IMG/VR virus record: IMGVR_UViG_3300025601_000007
DNA from: a virus
Taxonomy: Duplodnaviria; Caudoviricetes
DNA length: 64,000 nt
Reading direction: 5' to 3' (one strand)
Below are positions 57,571 to 64,000 of the stretch, in pieces. Numbering within the stretch: the first letter of the stretch is position 1; each line of letters begins with the position of its first letter. Made by a program: the position numbers and the translations under genes. The notes under the pieces were generated by a model. It was not told the DNA's origin. It was given only the letters and a program-made list of their open reading frames with translations, and ran no database searches.

Positions 57571-58988
57571 GCACTTATAAAATATACCCCTCGAAAGGTA
57601 ATACGATAGCATCGGGAGCTTTCGCCAACTTCAATTCCAGTCAAAATGCTGTGACGGACTTGTTTTATGGTGGAGGTGTTGAAACCTCTGTTAATCTTAG
57701 GAACGCATTCTCTAGATTTCTTGTCCAGTTTGACTTAGCTGGCTTGACCTCAAAGATTGCAAACAGAGAGATTATGTCTGGGTCAGTGATATCTTATAGA
57801 CTTAGAATGAAGAACTCCATCCCTGCAGAAAGACTTCTGGAGAAGAATTGGGAGTTTGATAAGCTACAGCGACAGATAGCTGCTTCTTTTGATTTGCAAG
57901 TATTCCCTGTGAACAAAGCTTGGGACGAAGGTCGCGGGTATGATTTGGTTAAAGAGGATTATCTTGTGAAACAAAAAGGAAATCTCCTTATTTCGGGGTA
58001 CTCGAACTGGAATTCGGCTTCTATCGCAACTGCGTGGGATGCTGCTGGGGTTTACACTAATCCATCTGCTTCCACGACAAGCTACGGAGAACAACACTTT
58101 GCTATTGGAAACGAAGATTTAAACATCGATGTAACCGACATTGTTGCTGACTGGTTGTCTGGTGGTTCCGCAAACTATGGAATGATGGTTGCGTACCGAC
58201 GAGATTATGAGGCTTTAAGTAGCGATACTCGAACGATTGCATCTTTCTTTACCCATAAGACCAATTCAGCATTTAAACCCTATATAGAGGTCTTATATGA
58301 CCAAACTATAAAAGATGACCGAAATCAAGTCACCAACAACAGAGCTTCAAGATTGTTTTTGTACACATTCTCTGGGAATACTCCTGCTAATTATTCGACA
58401 GCGAGCACAGTAAACATTTTAAACTCCGCTGGGTCTGCTGTTCACTCTGGATTGGTTCCAACTCAATTAGAGAAAGGCGTATATTACATCGATGTGTTTA
58501 TGAGCGGTACAACTCGTGGTCAACAATATAGAGATGTTTGGCAAGGCGTTTCTTTTAACACTGTATACGATACTCAAGATATCACTCAATACTTTACGAT
58601 TCAAGACAACTACTACACTGGGACACAGTTCCAGCCAGCTATAAATGATTACGTTCTTGATATTTACGGACTTCCAGAGGGCGGGATTGTTTATACAGAC
58701 CAGCAGATTAGAGTTTACTGTAACATGCGAGCTGCATATTCGACTCAGCCTCCAAAAAATAATTACTCAATCAAATACAGATTGTACATGAACAATCAGA
58801 TAGAGGCAGTTGGGTGGACCGAAGTGAATCAAGCAGTTATTAACAAGAAGAAACTAAACTATCTTACGTTGGACACAAGCTGGCTGCTTCATAATCAAAC
58901 ATATCAATTGCAGTTTCAAATAGAGGAGTGGGGCACCTCAAGAGTTTATCCTAAGACTATTGATTTCAAAGTGCAAAGACCTTTCTAA
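57567..58988 (+). CDS. Structural protein with DNRLRE/disaggregatase-like domain
   Basis: SRFLVQFDL..WDEGRGYD..SNW..IDVTDIV.DWL.G..NYGMM..KPYIEV. Confidence 0.7.
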   Translation: MSTYKIYPSKGNTIASGAFANFNSSQNAVTDLFYGGGVETSVNLRNAFSRFLVQFDLAGLTSKIANREIMSGSVISYRLRMKNSIPAERLLEKNWEFDKLQRQIAASFDLQVFPVNKAWDEGRGYDLVKEDYLVKQKGNLLISGYSNWNSASIATAWDAAGVYTNPSASTTSYGEQHFAIGNEDLNIDVTDIVADWLSGGSANYGMMVAYRRDYEALSSDTRTIASFFTHKTNSAFKPYIEVLYDQTIKDDRNQVTNNRASRLFLYTFSGNTPANYSTASTVNILNSAGSAVHSGLVPTQLEKGVYYIDVFMSGTTRGQQYRDVWQGVSFNTVYDTQDITQYFTIQDNYYTGTQFQPAINDYVLDIYGLPEGGIVYTDQQIRVYCNMRAAYSTQPPKNNYSIKYRLYMNNQIEAVGWTEVNQAVINKKKLNYLTLDTSWLLHNQTYQLQFQIEEWGTSRVYPKTIDFKVQRPF

Positions 58989-59909
58989 TGCAAAATCAAA
59001 TTATAGATGAGGGATTGTCGGAAGAAAAAGGCCTAAACGAACTGACCAGCGGCGTGTTGGTGGCTCTAGGTAATCAAATTGCTCAGGAGATTAATCAAAA
59101 CAAAGGGCACTTGGACTTAGGAACATATGGTCTCGTTCATACAGGCGGTATATCTCAAAAGTATCAAGAGAAATTAGGTCCAAAAGTTAATTCATTTTGG
59201 GAACAGCTGGACCTGCTGGTGTCAATTGTAAGAAGTAACGCAACTGGTTCGGCCCAATACATACACTCACCTAAAGCTGATGGCACATATAATTACGGTG
59301 CAACAAAGCGTATTGAGCTATTTGTGTCCCCAGAAGACATGCAAGAACTGGCAGATAAAGTGATTGAGTATAAAGATGAAGTCACAGGAATTGATGTATA
59401 TTTCAAGCTGTACTACTTGTTCCATAGTTTATTGCTGCATGAATTACGTCATGCGTTTGATGACATGCGTACCGATGGAATGATATTTAAGAATAAAAAA
59501 AACTATAAGGTTCCAAGATAAGCACGGCCACATGAATACTGAGCCAACAAGTGATGAAGACCCAGAAGTATTCAAAAAACAAAGAGGAAAAGCTTACCTT
59601 CAGCAACCTCACGAAATATGGGCTAGAGCATCTCAGGCAATGCATAATCTAAGATACACAGTTGGCACAGCCGAGTTTGATGAGACCATTAGAATGATTC
59701 CTTTAAAGCTTGTGGTGACACAATTCAGGACTAACTTTAAATGGTGGAATAATATTTCTGATAAAGCAAAAAGAAGACTTGTTAAAGCAGTTGCAAATCA
59801 GTGGAACGAAGTGGATATTGATTTAAAGCAAAAGAATGCATCAAACAGCGTGGAGCTCGCTGAGCTACGCCGTTACATCAGAAGTGTCGTGGCTGAGGTG
59901 GTCAGCTAA
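58988..59909 (+). CDS. Zincin-like metallopeptidase split by a frameshift at an A8 run (ORFs 58988-59521 and 59532-59909)
   Basis: LLLHELRHAFD in the first ORF; YLQQPHEIWARASQ in the second; removing one A at 59495-59502 fuses them (..KNKKTIRFQDKHGHMNTEP..). Confidence 0.7.
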
Positions 59910-60671
59910 TCGCTTTGTTGCGATTTCGAAATTCTCTTCATCTTTTTCTATTGCAATAAATCTCCTGCTTTCTTTTAAAGATGCTATCGGAGTTGTTCCA
60001 GAGCCCACGCAATTATCCAAAATAAGCTCTCCTGGGTTAGAGTAAGTTCGAATCATGTACCTCACAAGCTCTTCTGGCTTTTGTGTGGATATAAACCTTT
60101 GCTCTGCTCCTGAGTTGTCGTTGTTGACAGTGACCCACTCCTGGACGCTCGTTGGGTATCTATCTGTTTGTCCGCCTCCTTGTATGCCTTTCTTGGTCTT
60201 TCCGTATGTGGTTCCATCGGAAGTGTGCTTCGTGAATGAATTAACAGGCTTGTGTCCTGTTGTTTTCTGAGGATTGTAGGTGCATGGCTTCTTGTAAAAA
60301 ACAAGAACGTTCTCATGTTTTTTAAGAGGCTGGTGTTTTGCGTTCAAAAAGTTAGAGGACCTGTTTTTAACCCAAATCCATTCATACTTTAACCATTTGA
60401 TGTTGGATACTCCAAGAATTTTGTCGAAAGGGGTTGATGCTGTTAGCACATATGCACAGTTCTCTTTTCCAATGCGCTTGTACTCTTTCCACAAAAGCTC
60501 TAGGTCAATGGGTGAATCCCATTTGTTTTTAGTCTGGTTGTAAGGTAAATCACAAAAGACCATGTCCACTGAGTCTTTTGGAATAAGTTTCATCACCTCA
60601 AGGCAATCACCGAAATGAATAGTGTTTTCGTTCAGCATATTTGTCTTATAGGGCTCTCCCTCTTTCTTCAA
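59865..60671 (-). CDS. DNA methyltransferase, N6/N4 beta class (probable start ATG 60638)
   Basis: GDCLEVM, CDLPY, WIWVK, STQKP, ILDNCVGSGTT. Confidence 0.92.
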   Translation of the reverse strand: MKKEGEPYKTNMLNENTIHFGDCLEVMKLIPKDSVDMVFCDLPYNQTKNKWDSPIDLELLWKEYKRIGKENCAYVLTASTPFDKILGVSNIKWLKYEWIWVKNRSSNFLNAKHQPLKKHENVLVFYKKPCTYNPQKTTGHKPVNSFTKHTSDGTTYGKTKKGIQGGGQTDRYPTSVQEWVTVNNDNSGAEQRFISTQKPEELVRYMIRTYSNPGELILDNCVGSGTTPIASLKESRRFIAIEKDEENFEIATKRLADHLSHDTSDVTA

Positions 60672-61176
60672 TAGGAATTGCTTGGTTTACTTCATTATAA
60701 ATCAGTCGAGCCAATTCGTAGATTGCAAAGTAGCGTGCCTGGCTAATGCTTTGCTCTACATCTTCCGTCAACTGAACCACTCTTGTGTAAGTCCTCAAAC
60801 TGCTTACTGCGGAAATAACTACACAGTTTGTTTTTTTGTTGACCTCTGATATGAAAACGCTATAGCTTGAGCCATATTTCAGTCTACTTTTTTTAGCTAT
60901 TTTTTCGGCAGCAAGGTCGGTACATAAAGATGTTTGGATGTTTACTTCGTGAAGTTTAAAAAAAGAACGAATCATAGCAGGCCTTGGGGAGGTAATTCCA
61001 CATTTATATCCAATTTCTATATTTTGAGACAACTCTGACAAAGCAGTTCCAACCGTCCCCATTGTATATATTTCGACAGTGGTAATGGTAATTTTATGTT
61101 CTTCAATAGATTCAGCAATAATGCCTAAGAGTTCTTTTTTGCTGTAGCTATTTATAGCCGTTTTTTTCCAAATCAT
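60646..61176 (-). CDS. CinA C-terminal / PncC-fold protein, degenerate active site
   Basis: ITTVEIYTMGTVGTAL aligns with VTTAESCTGGWVA of PncC; GSS and EAK positions not conserved. Confidence 0.6.
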   Translation of the reverse strand: MIWKKTAINSYSKKELLGIIAESIEEHKITITTVEIYTMGTVGTALSELSQNIEIGYKCGITSPRPAMIRSFFKLHEVNIQTSLCTDLAAEKIAKKSRLKYGSSYSVFISEVNKKTNCVVISAVSSLRTYTRVVQLTEDVEQSISQARYFAIYELARLIYNEVNQAIPIEERGRAL

Positions 61177-61405
61177 TTACACTGGGATAACGTAATTCTT
61201 TATTGCACACTTGGCACACTACTTTAAGCTCTGACGAACCCTTGTTTGACGAAACAAACTTTAACTCATCTTTTGGGTGTTCACAAAAGTTTTGAACCTC
61301 TTGCAGCTCTTGCTCTTGTTTTAAGATTCCGCTCTGCAGTTTCTTAGCTTTCCCTTTTAAGATTGTTTCTGCTTCTGTCAAATTGCGTTTTTTATTATCA
61401 GCCAT
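61148..61405 (-). CDS. Small coiled-coil/zinc-ribbon protein
   Basis: CEH..CQVC; TTATTTAT at 61429-61436. Confidence 0.65.
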   Translation of the reverse strand: MADNKKRNLTEAETILKGKAKKLQSGILKQEQELQEVQNFCEHPKDELKFVSSNKGSSELKVVCQVCNKELRYPSVNDLEKNGYK

Positions 61406-61527
61406 TTAGTAGAACTATTGGTGCTCTAATAAATAACAGGCCTAGCGTTGTTTGTGCACCGTTTTCAAAACGTGCGATTATAAGCTATATTACAATTATA
61501 ATATCGAATTCGCAAGAAATCTTTAAT

Positions 61528-62493
61528 TTAATTGACTCTGATGTGCTTCGAAATAAGTTTTTGAAGCTCGCCCTCAACTGTATAATTCAGTAGTTTTTTT
61601 GAATTTGAGTTCGGTGCGAGTGGCGCCTGAGGAGTGTGTACATGTGTTAAAAGAATCCTAATCATCAAGTCTAAGAGTTTTATAAGTTCATCACCGAACA
61701 CTAATGGGTGAAGCCTGCTTGCTAACTCGCCCAACTCTTTTAGGTCGTCATTTATTTCAAATTTTTCTAAACTTTTCTCTCTAAACTTTCCTCTTGGTGA
61801 GTATATGTTTACAACAGTGGAAGTTAGTTCTCCAGCGCTGTATCGTGATATTTCAGCATTATCTCCAGTGTTCACTATTTGTTTTAACCTTAAATAAGAA
61901 GGGTGTTCAATGTTCGCTTTTATTGTTCCTGGGCTGAAAAGACCAGCAGCAATAAATATTTCTTTAGGCCTTAGTATAACGTGAGTGTCATCTCGACCTT
62001 GTAGCGCGACATCGCTTCTTTCAGGGAGAACTAGAGACGGTTCACTCCTAGAAAGAAGAGTCTGGTTAGGGTTGAAGCTAGATTTATCAAATACTCTAAT
62101 TGCGTCTCTATAGGATTGAAAGTTGAATTTAAGTTGAGAAGTAATTACTGGTCCAATCCAATACCTTGGAGCTGTTATTTCTGATGGGTTTTCCATTAAC
62201 AGTATAACCATTTCCCCAGGAATAGGCCTCATGTGAATAAAGCCAGGCATTAGAGGAATGGCATACTGTAGTTTTTCGTTAGAAATATTTCTATCTCTTC
62301 CGCCAGTAATTTCTCCTTTTTCATCTAAAGCAACGATACGCGCAACCAAGCGACCTTGTTCGGTCGGGTCTTCTTCATTTACAACAATTGCAGGGTAAAG
62401 GTTTTTCATGCTTGACAAGTTTGTTTTTGCCTGGTCAAACCTTTGTCCATTATCCTGTTGTAAGCTTTTTGCGTAATCGTCTATTCCTGGCAT
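61528..62493 (-). CDS. Baseplate hub/spike protein (gp5/gpV OB-fold)
   Basis: AIVVNEEDPTEQGRLVARI..PLMP..P..GEMV..YWIG; C-terminal HVH. Confidence 0.8.
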   Translation of the reverse strand: MPGIDDYAKSLQQDNGQRFDQAKTNLSSMKNLYPAIVVNEEDPTEQGRLVARIVALDEKGEITGGRDRNISNEKLQYAIPLMPGFIHMRPIPGEMVILLMENPSEITAPRYWIGPVITSQLKFNFQSYRDAIRVFDKSSFNPNQTLLSRSEPSLVLPERSDVALQGRDDTHVILRPKEIFIAAGLFSPGTIKANIEHPSYLRLKQIVNTGDNAEISRYSAGELTSTVVNIYSPRGKFREKSLEKFEINDDLKELGELASRLHPLVFGDELIKLLDLMIRILLTHVHTPQAPLAPNSNSKKLLNYTVEGELQKLISKHIRVN

Positions 62494-62495
62494 TT

Positions 62496-62699
62496 TTAAA
62501 ACTTATCTAGTAGCTGTTTGTATTTATGTTCGATGTCATCTAATTTCATTCTTGAGGTTTCTATTGCTATTTTTATAACTTCTTTTTGTTTTAAGTCCTC
62601 TTCGGAATCTAGTTGTTCACACATCTCTATGATGGTCGACTTGAGTTTTCCGTGCTCCTTCCCAAGTATTTGTAAATCTTTAAGCGTATCTTGTTTCAT
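62496..62699 (-). CDS. Small coiled-coil protein
   Basis: 67 aa, packed between structural genes. Confidence 0.6.
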   Translation of the reverse strand: MKQDTLKDLQILGKEHGKLKSTIIEMCEQLDSEEDLKQKEVIKIAIETSRMKLDDIEHKYKQLLDKF

Positions 62700-63112
62700 C
62701 GTGGTACTCCAATTCCTGTGTGAGGTGCAATAGAGGCTCCGATGGCGGTAACTGGACCACCAGCGTTTCCTCCAGATGCTTGCACTTTAATTCCTGTATC
62801 CACAGCTAAATCTATTCGGCATTGGCTTTGTATGTGGTCAACAATCTCCTCAGAGAATGCTTTTACAAACGCTTCCATGACATTATTCGTACCATCTTCT
62901 ATAGTGCCTGTTGGGATACCGATTTCTCCGAATCTAGAAATCATAGATGAGGCCAAAAGCTCAGACGACATGCCAGCTCTGCTTTTTGCAAAAATGATTT
63001 GAGGCAAAGAGAGCCTTGGAACAGGAAGCCTGTCCTCTTCTAGCATATATAGGAAAAATGTCGCGATTTCCTCGGACAAATTTAAACTTGGGTCTTGTTG
63101 AAATAGTGACAT
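62696..63112 (-). CDS. Hypothetical structural protein (probable ATG 63112)
   Basis: RAGMS..IGIPTG..DGT.N..GGNAGGPV. Confidence 0.65.
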   Translation of the reverse strand: MSLFQQDPSLNLSEEIATFFLYMLEEDRLPVPRLSLPQIIFAKSRAGMSSELLASSMISRFGEIGIPTGTIEDGTNNVMEAFVKAFSEEIVDHIQSQCRIDLAVDTGIKVQASGGNAGGPVTAIGASIAPHTGIGVPR

Positions 63113-63113
63113 A

Positions 63114-64000
63114 TTAAATCGGTGTTTGTCCTGCAAGTATTGGCGCAAGGGATGCGGCTGCCTTAGCATACGCTACGGCTTTCTTGGCGTCCTCAATGGT
63201 GTTTTCTGCTTCTGCCGTTAAAGCAAAGCGGGCTTTGATTTTGTCAAGTTTTCGCTTTCCTCTTTCTCTATAAATTCTTGCGAAGTAGTTTTTTGCTAAT
63301 TTCTTAAATTCTCGTATAGCGATAATTAAAATCATATTCACGAGTAGCTTGTACAGCTGGTTAGCCAAGCTTTCCCCGAATGCTTTTTTGTTTGGGTTGG
63401 GAGATGATTCATTCATAATCTCACACGTGTTGGTGACCAAGTCATCCACACTGGGGTTATAATCTTCTGGGAAGTCTAACTGAATAGAACCCAGCAGTGG
63501 CCCAATAAATGGCTGTACCAGGTTGGTGATGTTCGAAATAAACTTCTCCAAAAAAATCTGCATAAAAGTCTTTCCACCAGATTTTGCGTTCTGCTGGTTA
63601 TTTATTTGCTGTGCAGTGCTTTCTACATAAGTTGCAAGTATCTCAATGCTTTGAGCTGGGGTTGTGGGGTTGCTAGATAGCGTTTGGATTCCTCCGCCTT
63701 CAAATATCCACGAAGGGTCCTCTGGAAGAGTGATTTTTACTTTTTGACAGGATATTTCTAGGATGACTTCTCCTTTCTCCAGCTGCCTGGCCAAAGCTAT
63801 CCTATTGTACTCAACATCTTCATCGCGGATAAAGCCGTTGTTTGAAAGCGAATACGCATCGACTGCACAAACTGCGTTTTCGATGATTCGATTTCTTTCA
63901 TCCGCATTGGGGTTTAGATATTCTGCTGCTGGCCCTTCTTTGGGCCCGAAAACCGCTAGAGTGAGGTCTTTTACTATTTTCTGCTTTGCTGTCTGCAGGA
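63114..64000 (-). CDS. Structural protein, partial (frame open beyond window end)
   Basis: Frame of the 63114-63794 ORF continues without a stop to 64000 (LQTAKQKIVKDLTLAVFGPK...). Confidence 0.7.
   Translation of the reverse strand, partial: LQTAKQKIVKDLTLAVFGPKEGPAAEYLNPNADERNRIIENAVCAVDAYSLSNNGFIRDEDVEYNRIALARQLEKGEVILEISCQKVKITLPEDPSWIFEGGGIQTLSSNPTTPAQSIEILATYVESTAQQINNQQNAKSGGKTFMQIFLEKFISNITNLVQPFIGPLLGSIQLDFPEDYNPSVDDLVTNTCEIMNESSPNPNKKAFGESLANQLYKLLVNMILIIAIREFKKLAKNYFARIYRERGKRKLDKIKARFALTAEAENTIEDAKKAVAYAKAAASLAPILAGQTPI

Noticed and set aside
61456-61475. GCACCGTTTTCAAAACGTGC imperfect palindrome
   Set aside because: Single occurrence with no poly-U tail or second copy; function unsupported
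1-64000. Stop-codon reassignment as in some Bacteroidota phages
   Set aside because: Long conserved genes are intact in code 11; the two split genes are frame changes at homopolymers, not in-frame stops

Overview
This window is a 64-kb internal segment of a large, AT-rich, contractile-tailed dsDNA phage. Baseplate genes support the tail type (gp6/J-like wedge, gp25-like, gp5/gpV-like spike). The host is probably a member of Bacteroidota, inferred from SD-less A-rich leaders, a TAnnTTTG-type promoter and a Bacteroidota-like IF3. The genetic code is standard. From left to right: (1) small accessory genes; (2) multi-domain 'polyvalent' effector proteins (ADP-ribosyltransferase, kinase-like, GNAT, transglutaminase-like, ParB-like) whose domains are joined at (I/L)-x-E motifs and which share a short amphipathic tag; (3) a PcfJ-like protein, a D-arm-less tRNA-like gene with a CAT anticodon, a membrane protein and phage IF3; (4) probable head-associated proteins and an amidase endolysin; (5) a DNA-metabolism block (intein-containing SNF2 helicase, PD-(D/E)XK nuclease, WYL protein, fused SbcD-SbcC, phosphoesterase, RuvC-like resolvase); (6) a tail/baseplate block with an inserted putative homing endonuclease; (7) a DNA methyltransferase and a degenerate CinA/PncC. 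Three non-autonomous IS200/IS605-type cassettes keep both ends, a promoter and the TnpB 3'/omegaRNA segment but encode no protein; two of them are identical 356-bp copies. Two genes are split at A-homopolymers. No CRISPR array, reverse transcriptase or rRNA was seen. All family assignments come from motif recognition by eye, not database searches.
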